The notes under the pieces: generated by a model | Databases searched by the model: none | Told to the model about the DNA's origin: nothing | The model's input: the letters and a program-made list of their open reading frames with translations, nothing else | Shown here: positions 10,103 through 20,382 of the stretch, piece after piece | Numbering within the stretch: the first letter of the stretch is position 1 | How the letters are laid out: every line of letters begins with the position of its first letter | From: Spirochaetia bacterium | GTDB lineage: Bacteria > Spirochaetota > Spirochaetia > UBA9216 | Reading direction: 5' to 3' | DNA: 64,000 bases | NCBI GenBank assembly: GCA_963675665.1 | Contig: OY776510.1 | Location: 4,320,001-4,384,000 of the forward strand | Position numbers and translations under genes: made by a program

Positions 10103-12086
10103 TTCCAACCTGGTATCTGTCGACAATCTCTTTAAGACTTTCAGCCATTTCCTTCAGGCTGACCGAAGAGGATGCAGTTGATTTGGTGGATACAACAAAA
10201 TTATCAATTCCGTTTGATATCTGCCTGAGCGTGAGCAGGATTTGCTCGAATGCCGAAACCTGCTGATTAATGGAGGAAGCTATCTGTTCAGCCGATTCAG
10301 CCGATATTTCAGCTGAGCTGAGAACATCCTCAAAGATCCTCTGAAGTTCACCCGACAGTTCTCCGCCCTCCCTGATATGTTCGGTTCCCTCCTCGGAGGC
10401 TATGATAAGATTATCCGACGAGTGCTGAATCTCGTTTATTTTACCCTTTATCTCATTGGTTGAAGCCATGGTGCTGTCTGCGAGTCTTCTGATTTCAGTT
10501 GCAACTATCTGAAAGTTTTTACCCGCCTCACCGGCTGCAGAAGCTTCAAGTTCAGCGTTAAATGCAATTATTTTTGTCTGATCGGCAATACCGTTGATAA
10601 TATTTACTATTTCCCAAATGCTGTCTATTTTCTCCCCAAGCAACTTGATCCCTTCAATAGTGTCTGAATTTGAGTTTTTAATCTCATCCATCTTGCCGAG
10701 GCTGTCCTGGACAGTTGAAAAACCGGTCTGGACTACCTCGCGGGTTTTATTGGAAATCTTGGCGACCTCGCCAATCCTGTTGGCTATACTCTTTGAGAGG
10801 TTGTCGGAATCTTCCATTGTACTGACAATTTCCTTTACCGCCGCTGCCTGCTCGTTTGAAGTAGCGGTAATTTCCTGTGATGAGACTGACAGGCTCTGAA
10901 CAGATTCAAAAAGCTCGGATGACGTATTTTTGATTTTCTTAAGCATTTCTTCAACCGTATCTATCAGCGAATTGAAATGCACCGACATTACGCCTATTTC
11001 ATCGTCAGAAATATTCTCAACCCTTCCGGTGAGATCGCCGGCTGCAATATTTGTTGTCAGCTCCCTGACATACTTCAGCGGTTTCATTATCCTGGAAAGA
11101 ACAAAGGCGATAACAAGATTGGTAAGAATAAACGCCGCGCTTAATACTATTATGCTGATAATTTTTATTTTATTCAGCAGCCCGAACATATCCTCTACAT
11201 AAGCCTTTGTGACGATAATCAAATCAAGCTCCGGATAGGAGCGGAAGTATGCAATCGAATCCGTGCCTATCTCATCATTAACCATCCGGTAGGTAATTGA
11301 GCCGTTCTGCTTTTCAATAATCTCCCTTATAAAATAACGCCCGTCCGCCGCCTGGTTATCGTAAAGATTCTCTCCCTTTCTGGTAGGATGAATAAGAAGC
11401 TCCCCTTCGGAATTCATGATATAAGGGTAACCGTGCTCACCAACCTTGAGACTCAGAATCCTTTTTTCCAGTTCATTCAGGCTGACTAACGATCTGAATT
11501 CCGATTTATAGGATGATGCCCATATTATAAGGTCCCACGGTTTAAAATAGGCCATTCCTCCGGCTTTGGCACGCTCTTCAGCCTCATCCTTGTTTTTCCA
11601 CATATATTCGATATAGCCTTCCTTCATGGAAGTAGCCTGTTTCATAAAATCGTAGCCGCTGGCGTCCGCGCCTTCAGAAAGAGGATGTATGACTAAAATT
11701 CCCGTTCCGCTAACGCCGGCAAGATAACCGGTATCTCCAATCTTTCCTATATCGGGATCAAGAATAATAGCCTTCGCTTTCAGCCAGGCTTGCTGTTCGG
11801 TTTGTCTTCCGGCAAGATATTCGTTATATTCGTGCTCCACAAGTCTTTTTATGGCTTCAGCCAATCCAATCAGATAGTTTTGAACGCTTGTATCAACATA
11901 ACTGTCTGTAATCTGATATATCAGCTCGGTCGTATTTGACAATTCCATACGGTACTGTTTTTCAAGACCGGACGACAAACTCATGAAAATGCCCAGTCCC
12001 AGGCCGAACAATACAATTATATATATTACTCCGAATACAGCCTGTATCTTGAAATTAATACTTGAAACCAGTCCCTTGATCTTCAC
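10092..12086 (-). CDS. Methyl-accepting chemoreceptor (2 TM, Cache-type periplasmic domain, HAMP)
   Basis: Two TM helices flank repeated G-Y...IHP Cache motifs; HAMP DEIG; signalling tip QTKIIAFNAELEASAAGEAGKNF. GTG start. Confidence 0.92.
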   Translation of the reverse strand: MKIKGLVSSINFKIQAVFGVIYIIVLFGLGLGIFMSLSSGLEKQYRMELSNTTELIYQITDSYVDTSVQNYLIGLAEAIKRLVEHEYNEYLAGRQTEQQAWLKAKAIILDPDIGKIGDTGYLAGVSGTGILVIHPLSEGADASGYDFMKQATSMKEGYIEYMWKNKDEAEERAKAGGMAYFKPWDLIIWASSYKSEFRSLVSLNELEKRILSLKVGEHGYPYIMNSEGELLIHPTRKGENLYDNQAADGRYFIREIIEKQNGSITYRMVNDEIGTDSIAYFRSYPELDLIIVTKAYVEDMFGLLNKIKIISIIVLSAAFILTNLVIAFVLSRIMKPLKYVRELTTNIAAGDLTGRVENISDDEIGVMSVHFNSLIDTVEEMLKKIKNTSSELFESVQSLSVSSQEITATSNEQAAAVKEIVSTMEDSDNLSKSIANRIGEVAKISNKTREVVQTGFSTVQDSLGKMDEIKNSNSDTIEGIKLLGEKIDSIWEIVNIINGIADQTKIIAFNAELEASAAGEAGKNFQIVATEIRRLADSTMASTNEIKGKINEIQHSSDNLIIASEEGTEHIREGGELSGELQRIFEDVLSSAEISAESAEQIASSINQQVSAFEQILLTLRQISNGIDNFVVSTKSTASSSVSLKEMAESLKEIVDRYQVGNDE

Positions 12087-13840
12087 CCTTTTACCTCCTG
12101 TACGGAATCGGATTCCTTCTGATTAATTATAAGGAGTTTTAAAGATTCAGCCATTTCCTTCAGCTGCGCTGATGAAAAACTGCCTGCCTTTGCGGAAACA
12201 GCAAAATTCTCTATCCCGTCCGATATCATTCTCAAAGTCATCAGAATCTGTTCGAAAGACGCTACCTGCTGATTGACTGATCCCTCTATATTGCCAGCGG
12301 ATTCGGAAGAATTTGCCGCAGAGTCCTTAATCTGTCTAAAAACATCACTAAGCTCCCTGGATATTGTTCTTCCTTCATTGATTATATCAGTCCCCTTTTC
12401 TGAGGCTGTAATGACCTCTTCCGAAGATTTTTGAATCTCAATGATCTTTTTCCTGATTTCAGCAGTTGAGGCGACGGTATTATCAGCCAGACGCCTGATT
12501 TCGGTTGCAACAATCTGAAAATTCCTGCCTGCATCCCCGGCTGCCGAAGCCTCAAGTTCGGCATTAAAAGCAATAATCTTTATCTGGTTTGCAACACCGT
12601 TAATTATATTAAGGATGTCCCAGATACTGTTTATCTTGTCGCTCAGTAAACGGAGACCTTCTATGCTCCTGTCGTTTGCTTCGCCTATTTCTTCCATTTT
12701 GGCCAGGCTCATACCGACCTTTGTTTCGCCGGAATCAACTGTAGACTCAGTATCCTCAGCAACAGAAGCCACAAGTTTTATCTTTTCGGCGATATTTCTG
12801 GCCAGCTGGTCCGAATCTTCCATTGTCGATACAATTTCCTTGACTGCCGCAGCCTGCTGATTGGAGGTTGACGACAATTCATGCGAAGAAGACGAAAGGT
12901 CTCCTACTGCACCGGTAATCATTGATACCGCCCGATCTATTTCACTTATCATGTTTCTGAAATTCAATACCGCGATATTTATCAGATGACTGATATAGGC
13001 ATAATCATCCGAAAGGTCGGTGGGAATAATCTCATCAATATCTTCATTGCCGCCGCTCAACCGTGACAATGATTTCTTCAATAGATCGAGCGGCCGCCTC
13101 ATCATCAAAAGAGTCATCAGAATGGAAACAAGAAGGGTAAAAGTGTTTACAATTATTACTCCTCCGATTCTCTTCAGCAGCAAATCCGGGTTGAGACCTG
13201 AAATATATCCGGAGTAAAACGAAAAAAATACAGTGATATTTGTAAACACCATGGGAACTACAAGGAAAAGCATGCTGCGCTTAATCACTCCCAGGCCGAA
13301 AGTTTTTCTGCTTTCGATAAATTTCTCATCAAGAAATCCGCCTGCTGTTATCTGCTGCCCAACAGGCCTGACAAGAATTGAGGTCGCCATATAAGCTGCA
13401 ATAGCGGCAAGATACGAGCCGTAAAAGGCAAGAACAACAGACATCAGACATTTTATGCCTTCGATATTCAGGAAAAAATACATATATCCGATAACAACCA
13501 TGGCTCCTGCGAATATACGGATAAAAAGCAGAATAGAATGCTTCAGCGGGAGCCCCATACTTTCCAGGAAAAGCTTTTTTGCCAGTTTTATGTCGGAGGT
13601 TCCTCCGTTAAAGCTGTCAAGCATGGCAGAAATCTTTTTACCCATAAAAATATTAACAGGCATTGCCGCCCCGCCTACAACTGCAAGGGCAATTATTACA
13701 ACAAATTTCAGAATGCGCGTCACATGGTCCGGCGACATGTCAAGAAGAAGAAGAACATACGCCGAGGCTACCGGAACACCGAAACACAAACCAATTAATT
13801 CAGTCTGAAGAAAATTGAATAGAAATTTGGATCCCTTCAT
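12083..13840 (-). CDS. Methyl-accepting chemoreceptor with multi-TM (about 6) membrane sensor
   Basis: Hydrophobic N-terminal half; tip QIKIIAFNAELEASAAGDAGRNF. Confidence 0.9.
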   Translation of the reverse strand: MKGSKFLFNFLQTELIGLCFGVPVASAYVLLLLDMSPDHVTRILKFVVIIALAVVGGAAMPVNIFMGKKISAMLDSFNGGTSDIKLAKKLFLESMGLPLKHSILLFIRIFAGAMVVIGYMYFFLNIEGIKCLMSVVLAFYGSYLAAIAAYMATSILVRPVGQQITAGGFLDEKFIESRKTFGLGVIKRSMLFLVVPMVFTNITVFFSFYSGYISGLNPDLLLKRIGGVIIVNTFTLLVSILMTLLMMRRPLDLLKKSLSRLSGGNEDIDEIIPTDLSDDYAYISHLINIAVLNFRNMISEIDRAVSMITGAVGDLSSSSHELSSTSNQQAAAVKEIVSTMEDSDQLARNIAEKIKLVASVAEDTESTVDSGETKVGMSLAKMEEIGEANDRSIEGLRLLSDKINSIWDILNIINGVANQIKIIAFNAELEASAAGDAGRNFQIVATEIRRLADNTVASTAEIRKKIIEIQKSSEEVITASEKGTDIINEGRTISRELSDVFRQIKDSAANSSESAGNIEGSVNQQVASFEQILMTLRMISDGIENFAVSAKAGSFSSAQLKEMAESLKLLIINQKESDSVQEVKG

Positions 13841-14262
13841 CAGTTTTCCCCGGCATCATTGAACACATTATGTTCATCAACAAGATAGATTTTCCGCATT
13901 CCGTCGGAAAAACCGATACGCTTGATCAAAATATCAATGAAGGCCTTATCATCATTATTTATATCAGAAAAACTGCATCCGACTTCATACATGCCCGGAT
14001 TCTCGGCTTCACGGCACCATTTCACTTCAGCCTCAAGATCCAGCCTTGTCCTGTCAAGACTGAGCGATTCAGGAATAATTATCCCGAGACGTAGAGCTTT
14101 GCCCTGTTTAATTTCGGACTTCATGACTAAAAGTATCCCGGAAGAGTTGATATCTCCCAGCTTTGCTATCGGCTGATTCTTTTTCAGATCATTAACAGTC
14201 AGATAATATAAAAGATGCCTTCTGACCTCGGACCGGCTCTCATTGTTATTATATTTTTTCAT
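13840..14262 (-). CDS. Stand-alone PilZ domain protein (c-di-GMP receptor)
   Basis: RSEVR (RxxxR), DINSSG, and EVKWC...YEVGCSF. The stop overlaps the MCP start (TGATG). Confidence 0.85.
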   Translation of the reverse strand: MKKYNNNESRSEVRRHLLYYLTVNDLKKNQPIAKLGDINSSGILLVMKSEIKQGKALRLGIIIPESLSLDRTRLDLEAEVKWCREAENPGMYEVGCSFSDINNDDKAFIDILIKRIGFSDGMRKIYLVDEHNVFNDAGEN

Positions 14263-14332
14263 AGTATAAATTATTCATAATGATGTATAAAAAAGCAAAC
14301 CTTTTTACTGAAATAATTTTTATATTGCATAA

Positions 14333-15856
14333 TCAAAGCGGCTCCACCCTGACGACACCGTTTTTTTTATCAAGCTTGAACCTTACCGAGCCGAGTTCCC
14401 GGTTTACAACATATGAAATATGGCAAATCTCAATATAGACCCCCGGATACACTGTATTTCTTACGACGACTTCAGCGTTGTCGTTTTTATCGAGTTTATA
14501 AACAAGATTTGACGAGTTATTGTTCAATTGCCTGAGAGTCGACTGAAGTCTGTCGCGCAGCTCAATCAGTTTGGGATTTTGCTCACCGGATTTTGAAATT
14601 TGTTCTCTAACCTGATTAAGCTTTGTCGCTACCTGTATGGCATTATCCCTTAACCACTTAAGTTTATTCTCTATAACATAATCAACTCCGCAATATATCT
14701 CGGTTCTGGGGCCCATGGAAGAACCTATCTGGGTTGCAATCAATCCGTTCTGTGCATAAATACACCCCCCTACAATCACACCTTTTTTACCGAGAGTAAT
14801 CTTGTCGCTTGTAAAGATTTCCGAATTCATAATACCGGCTTCAAGGATAATAAGCCCGTGCGATTCAACAAAGCAGTTTTCAATAAACTTGGCCTTGATT
14901 TTACCGCCTGCTTTAACCCTGCCTTTCTTTCGTCCGATAATACCCATTCCTACATATAAATCATTTTCACAATTAATAACGGATGCATCCAAAGTTCCGG
15001 CAGTATACAACGATCCGCCCGCTTTTATTTTAAAACCGTCCTGTATTTGCCCCTTGATAATTATATCTCCGGGGAATTCAACGTTTCCGGTACTGTAATC
15101 GACATTCGAGGAAATCTGAAGCACTTCATTTACGTAAAAACCTTTGCTGTCCTGCTCGAATGTTCCATCACACTCGGAGATTACCTTATTCTCGGAAATT
15201 GCAGTGTTCTTGCCCGGCACTAAAACCGTGATATTCTTTGTTGAAAATTGTATTTCCTTGCCGAATACGGTATATCCATATTCGCCCTGTTGCTCAGGAA
15301 TAATCTGCGCAAGGACCTGGCCTTTTTTTACCAATTTAAAAGGACTTATTTCCTTGTAGTCTATTCGTGTTAATCCCTCGGTATTCTTTTTACCGGTTAA
15401 AACAAGTTCATCAGACAATACAAAGTGTTTCGGGATATGTTTAACAGGCGTTTTGCCCCTTGCTATAATGATATTTTTTAAAATCTTGAACTCTGTATTG
15501 CATGTTAATATTGATTCCTTTATAACGTCCGCTTCAATGCCGAAAACAACATTTTTAGCAGCAAGAGCCTGGGCAACATTTTCATAAACAACAGGTTTCA
15601 TACCTTCAGTGGGGGGATAAAAATCGGCAACAACATTCATCTCATCAGTTGAAATATTAATTTCAACTGTTCCGTCTGATTTATATTCCTGACCTTCATA
15701 CTCATTCTCCACAAAAACTTCATGGGCCTTATCCGAAATTTCATCTTCAATGTAATGATCAGTCCCTTCGTGATTTTCCAGATATTCAAGTTCATTAAGC
15801 AAATTCTCTGTCTGAGAAAGCAGATCTTCCAAAAAATAATTATTTTTTTCACTCAT
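14333..15856 (-). CDS. FapA / DUF342 family protein
   Basis: NVDYSTGNVEFPGDIIIKG, AKFIENC, GVIVGG, VYPGVYIEI; beta-helix pattern plus a coiled coil. Confidence 0.85.
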   Translation of the reverse strand: MSEKNNYFLEDLLSQTENLLNELEYLENHEGTDHYIEDEISDKAHEVFVENEYEGQEYKSDGTVEINISTDEMNVVADFYPPTEGMKPVVYENVAQALAAKNVVFGIEADVIKESILTCNTEFKILKNIIIARGKTPVKHIPKHFVLSDELVLTGKKNTEGLTRIDYKEISPFKLVKKGQVLAQIIPEQQGEYGYTVFGKEIQFSTKNITVLVPGKNTAISENKVISECDGTFEQDSKGFYVNEVLQISSNVDYSTGNVEFPGDIIIKGQIQDGFKIKAGGSLYTAGTLDASVINCENDLYVGMGIIGRKKGRVKAGGKIKAKFIENCFVESHGLIILEAGIMNSEIFTSDKITLGKKGVIVGGCIYAQNGLIATQIGSSMGPRTEIYCGVDYVIENKLKWLRDNAIQVATKLNQVREQISKSGEQNPKLIELRDRLQSTLRQLNNNSSNLVYKLDKNDNAEVVVRNTVYPGVYIEICHISYVVNRELGSVRFKLDKKNGVVRVEPL

Positions 15857-15859
15857 AAA

Positions 15860-16213
15860 TTACTTCTCTCTTAAAAAATCGAGAATCTTTCCAATCTCAA
15901 AAGGTTTTTTCAGAACGCCCTTCGCCCCGGCATCCAGAGCCTCTCTTACTATGGGATCTCCCGGAAAAGCAGTGATGATCATTATATTTGATTCGGGTTT
16001 CTCTCTCATGATAGTCTTTGTTACCAGTGCACCGTTCTTTTCCGGCATTCGCATATCAATCATAATAAGATCATAATCTTCAGCTAAAGCAGCCTTTTCA
16101 CCTTCAGAAGACCTTGAATAGGTTTCAACCTCATAACCCATATCATCAAGGATTGTTTTTACAGCCTCAAGAATAGGGATTTCATCGTCAATTACCAGCA
16201 ATCTTTTTTTCAT
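15860..16213 (-). CDS. Single-domain response regulator
   Basis: LVIDDE, MIDMRMP, ITAF, KPF. AAGGAGG RBS before ATG 16213. Confidence 0.9.
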   Translation of the reverse strand: MKKRLLVIDDEIPILEAVKTILDDMGYEVETYSRSSEGEKAALAEDYDLIMIDMRMPEKNGALVTKTIMREKPESNIMIITAFPGDPIVREALDAGAKGVLKKPFEIGKILDFLREK

Positions 16214-16270
16214 ACATCCTCCTTGATAATTAATTATTATCCATTTGAATATCAATTAAAATATACATCT

Positions 16271-18079
16271 TCAGTCAGAAACAGTAAGGTAGATAAAAAA
16301 TGAAGTTCCTTTATCCATTTCCGTTTCAAGACCAATAGCTCCTCCATGCTTCTGAACTATTCCATATACCCTGGAAAGCCCGATGCCGGCCCCGCTTCCA
16401 AAATCCTTGGAAGTAAAATACGGTTCAAAAATCCTTTCAATCAGTTCCTCTTCAATACCCCTTCCTTTGTCGATGATGCTGATGCAGGCAGTTACTGCCG
16501 AATCATCCTTCAAAAAGTTGTAGATTAGCTTTCCGGGTTTTTCAATTGCGGCTGTTATCAGGATCTCGCTTCCGCTTTCCGATGCATTAATACTGTTTGT
16601 AAGTAGTTCCGACATCATCTCTTTAAACAGGTTCTGATCAATGGAAACGCCGATATCATCATCCATACTGAAGAATCTTATACTGATGTTTTCTCTATTT
16701 TCTTCCCTGAATTCATTCAGGAAATCAGACAGGCAATTTACAATATTTATCTTCTCAAAATGAACATCATAAGAGCCTATCGAAGTCATTAACCCCTGGA
16801 GAATACTGTCGGCCTTTTCTACGCCGCTGGTAATCCGGTTTACGGAATTCTGCAATACCTTATCTTCTGATTTTAATTTAATGACCTGCGCATGACCGTG
16901 AATACCTGCAAGGATGTTATTAATATCATGGGCCATACCTGCCGCAAGTTTTGTAATGGAATCAAGATGTCTGCTTCTTGTTTCAAGAGACATCAGTTGT
17001 TTCTGTTTATCTTCCAATTCCAGCAAGGTTGTAATATCCATAAATGAGCCTTCGATTGCCTCATTTCCATCCAGATCCGATATAATGTGCGCAGTTATTA
17101 ATACTATTAACTTTTCTCCATTTTCATTTGTTAAATTTGTTTGCAGGTTTTTTATAACCTTATCTGTTTCAAGCTTGCTGAAAAAATATTCCAATTCAAT
17201 TTCATTCCTGAATACATCTCTAAGATTCTTTTTATGAAGTTCTCCGGTATTGTCTACACCAATTATCTTTTTCAGGGCAGAATTACTGGACTTGAAATTT
17301 CCCTGCGTATCGCAACTAAACATGGGAACAGGCAATTCTTCAAAAAGGTATCTGTACTTCTTTGTGCTTTTCGCCAGTTTCTGCTCGGTATCTCTGAGGA
17401 TTCGGATATCGCTGAAACTTTCTATCAGCAACGCTCTTTTGTCAATCTCGAATTTCCTGACGTTCTTTATTACAGGGACCACCTCATTCCTGTTGTTTAT
17501 GATAAACCGTTCAGAACTGTCAACTTCCTGATGCAAATCAGTAACAGGACATTCGCCCTTTTTTGTTGTACAGATATGGGAAAAGCATTCTGCTCCGATT
17601 AATTCATCTTTACTTTTTCCGATGAGCATTTCAGCCGAAGGATTAATATCAATAATCCTGTGTTCTTCCGGTTCAATAATTACCAGTCCGTCGGGAATGG
17701 CTTCAAAAAGGATTCTCCAGTTCGCCTCTTTTTGCGCAAGAAGATCTTTTGCTTTTTTTAATTTTTTATAATTTAAAAACACAATACCCAACATTACGCC
17801 GAAACATATAAGTACCGCACAGGGAAGAACCAGCGACTGTGTTAGCAGTTTCGGATCTCTGTACCATGTCAGGGACAGTATTGTAAAATTTGATAATAAC
17901 GCCGTAACCGTTCCGCCGGCAATCTGCCAGAAAAAAGCGCCGGCAAAAACAGGCAACATAAAAAAGGGAGCAGCTTTTCTGGGGTCAGCCAAAAAATCCA
18001 GCGAAAACAACAGCACTGCCGGGATAAAAGCGAAAATCATTATACCTGTTTTAAAGACTATCTTATTCCGTTGTCTCAT
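16271..18079 (-). CDS. Membrane-anchored PAS-PAS sensor histidine kinase
   Basis: N-terminal TMs, two PAS domains, H-box AHDINN, DKGRG, FTSK, GIGL. Confidence 0.9.
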   Translation of the reverse strand: MRQRNKIVFKTGIMIFAFIPAVLLFSLDFLADPRKAAPFFMLPVFAGAFFWQIAGGTVTALLSNFTILSLTWYRDPKLLTQSLVLPCAVLICFGVMLGIVFLNYKKLKKAKDLLAQKEANWRILFEAIPDGLVIIEPEEHRIIDINPSAEMLIGKSKDELIGAECFSHICTTKKGECPVTDLHQEVDSSERFIINNRNEVVPVIKNVRKFEIDKRALLIESFSDIRILRDTEQKLAKSTKKYRYLFEELPVPMFSCDTQGNFKSSNSALKKIIGVDNTGELHKKNLRDVFRNEIELEYFFSKLETDKVIKNLQTNLTNENGEKLIVLITAHIISDLDGNEAIEGSFMDITTLLELEDKQKQLMSLETRSRHLDSITKLAAGMAHDINNILAGIHGHAQVIKLKSEDKVLQNSVNRITSGVEKADSILQGLMTSIGSYDVHFEKINIVNCLSDFLNEFREENRENISIRFFSMDDDIGVSIDQNLFKEMMSELLTNSINASESGSEILITAAIEKPGKLIYNFLKDDSAVTACISIIDKGRGIEEELIERIFEPYFTSKDFGSGAGIGLSRVYGIVQKHGGAIGLETEMDKGTSFFIYLTVSD

Positions 18080-19811
18080 AATTTATCTCCACCGGCAGCT
18101 CAATAAAAAATGTTGTATATTCATCTTCAGCTGATCGACAATACAGATTGCCTTTATGCTCTTTAATGATGCTGTGACTTATCGAAAGGCCCAATCCTGT
18201 CCCCTTTGTCCTGTCTTTTGTCGTGAAAAACGGTTCAAAAATTTTCTGCCGGTTTTCCTCTTTTATTCCCGCACCAAAATCTTTTACCGTAATTCTGATA
18301 AATTCATTTTCATTAACTAATAATTCCGAAACATTTATCTCAATTATCTTTTCAGGATTATATTCACTGAACTTCTCATTTAATGCGTCACAGGCATTTG
18401 TTAAAAGATTCATAAGGACCTGTTCAACCTCTCCCCTTCTGCAGCATATTTCCGGAAGATTTTCGGGAATATCTTTTTTAATCACAACATGGCTGCGCTT
18501 CGCATAAGCTCCGATAATGGTGATAACATAATCAATCATTTCTATAACTTTTACTTTCTCCAACTTACTCTGCTGATCAGCCCTTGCAAACTGCAACAGG
18601 TTTCTGACTATAACTGCAATTCTCTCAGTTTCTTTGGTTATTGCATTGGAAAATTCCCTGATTTCTGCAGAACAACTTTCATCATCCCTGATCAGCTGGG
18701 CGTAATTCATTATGCCGTTTATGGGATTGTTGATTTCATGCGCAACTCCTCCGGCCAGAATTCCAATCGACTCCAGTTTTTGCTGCTGCATCATCTTTGC
18801 TTCAATTTGACGTCTTTCTTCAAGCAGTTTTTCTTTTTCTTCGATTTCATTCTTCAGTTCGCCGGTTCTCTCTTCCACCAGTTTTTCCAGCCTGCTTTGA
18901 TATTCCGCCAGTTTCTCCTCAGTCAGTTTTCTGATGCTTATGTCCCGTATTACTCCCACCGTGCCTATTAATACTTTTTTCTTTTGTGAATGGCCTGTTG
19001 TTATGCCTGAACTGTTTACCTCAGCCATAGTATATCCATTTCGCATAATGAATGACTTACTTAACGGCGCACTGTATTTATTATTTATGAGCAACCTGAT
19101 TTCCAGCTCTGTTGTTTTTCGATCTCCGGAACGTCTTTCATCAAACAGCTTCACAGTTTGATTTGCATTACTGTTATGATTTTTCAGTTTTTTAATAACA
19201 ATTTCACGGCTAACGTTGTCAACATCATCCGGATGAATTATTTTGCTAAAATGACTTCCGATAAGTTCTGCGGGGGTATATCCCAGATTTTCAATAGCCT
19301 CGTTGACATAAGTGAAATAACCTTCGTCATTAATCCGGTAAACGATGTCCGGTATCGTTCTGACCAAACTTCTGAAACGTTCTTCAGAGGCGGCTAACAT
19401 ATCCAATTTTTCCAATAACTCGGTATTAACCCTGTTTAATTCCAGAAAGATGTTAACCTTGCATCTAAGATGCTCCGGGTTATACGGTTTGACAATAAAA
19501 TCTACAGCACCGGCTTCATAACCCTTAAATACATGTGTTTCATCAGAATATACCGCAGACATAAAGATTATAGGCATATTTCTGGTTTTCAGATCACTGC
19601 GTAAGAGTTCTGCAAGCTCATAACCGTTAATCTCAGGCATTTGTACATCAAGAATCGCAAGAGCAAACTGATTATTAATTGCAGCCCGTAAAGCCTCTTC
19701 CCCGCTGCCGGCACTTATTATTTCAGCATCTATATGTTTCAGACTTTTAGTGAGCACAATGAGGTTTTCCCTCCTGTCGTCCACAATCAGGATTTTCTGC
19801 TTAGTCTTCAT
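18063..19811 (-). CDS. REC-PAS-histidine kinase hybrid
   Basis: [36 protein letters not shown]. Confidence 0.92.
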   Translation of the reverse strand: MKTKQKILIVDDRRENLIVLTKSLKHIDAEIISAGSGEEALRAAINNQFALAILDVQMPEINGYELAELLRSDLKTRNMPIIFMSAVYSDETHVFKGYEAGAVDFIVKPYNPEHLRCKVNIFLELNRVNTELLEKLDMLAASEERFRSLVRTIPDIVYRINDEGYFTYVNEAIENLGYTPAELIGSHFSKIIHPDDVDNVSREIVIKKLKNHNSNANQTVKLFDERRSGDRKTTELEIRLLINNKYSAPLSKSFIMRNGYTMAEVNSSGITTGHSQKKKVLIGTVGVIRDISIRKLTEEKLAEYQSRLEKLVEERTGELKNEIEEKEKLLEERRQIEAKMMQQQKLESIGILAGGVAHEINNPINGIMNYAQLIRDDESCSAEIREFSNAITKETERIAVIVRNLLQFARADQQSKLEKVKVIEMIDYVITIIGAYAKRSHVVIKKDIPENLPEICCRRGEVEQVLMNLLTNACDALNEKFSEYNPEKIIEINVSELLVNENEFIRITVKDFGAGIKEENRQKIFEPFFTTKDRTKGTGLGLSISHSIIKEHKGNLYCRSAEDEYTTFFIELPVEINYETTE

Positions 19812-20382
19812 CAGTTCCCCCTGTCAGACGCACAAGCAAATCTGCAATTTCTCCGGATTTTGCAATATAATCAGCACCTGCAGTATTGACAGCAGCTTGC
19901 GGCATTACAGAACAATAAGCAGTTTCAGGATCCTGAATAACAGCAAGGCCGCCGAATGAGCGAATTTTCTTTAAACCCTGTGCGCCGTCCGAATTAGCCC
20001 CGGTTAAAATTACTCCGATTGCAGCTCTGCCGTATGCCATTGCAACGCTTTCAAACAGCACATCGATTGAGGGCCTTGAGTAATTTACTTTCTCTTCAAC
20101 AGATAATGAAAAGGTTGAGTCAGCATTTATCAACAAATGGTAGTTAGCCGGGGCAACATAAACTACACCCGAATGGAATTCCTGCTTGTCTTCAGCTTCT
20201 TTTACTTCAGCTGCAATTTTCTCATTCAATACATTAGCAAAACTGAAACCTGTATCGCTACTTATATGTTGGGCAATAACAATAGGGACTGTCAATGAAA
20301 CGTTGTATAGAATTTCCGACAGAACCTCTATTCCGCCGGCTGACGAACCCATAACAACCAATTTATAATTACCCTTTATCAT
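19801..20382 (-). CDS. cheB: CheB methylesterase, catalytic domain only
   Basis: GSSAGG, QH, RPSIDVLFES and GANSDGA; no REC domain. Confidence 0.92.
   Translation of the reverse strand: MIKGNYKLVVMGSSAGGIEVLSEILYNVSLTVPIVIAQHISSDTGFSFANVLNEKIAAEVKEAEDKQEFHSGVVYVAPANYHLLINADSTFSLSVEEKVNYSRPSIDVLFESVAMAYGRAAIGVILTGANSDGAQGLKKIRSFGGLAVIQDPETAYCSVMPQAAVNTAGADYIAKSGEIADLLVRLTGGTDED

Noticed and set aside
10430-12870. Nucleotide similarity between about 10440-10860 and about 12430-12860
   Set aside because: These are paralogous MCP signalling domains, not a mobile repeat or array.
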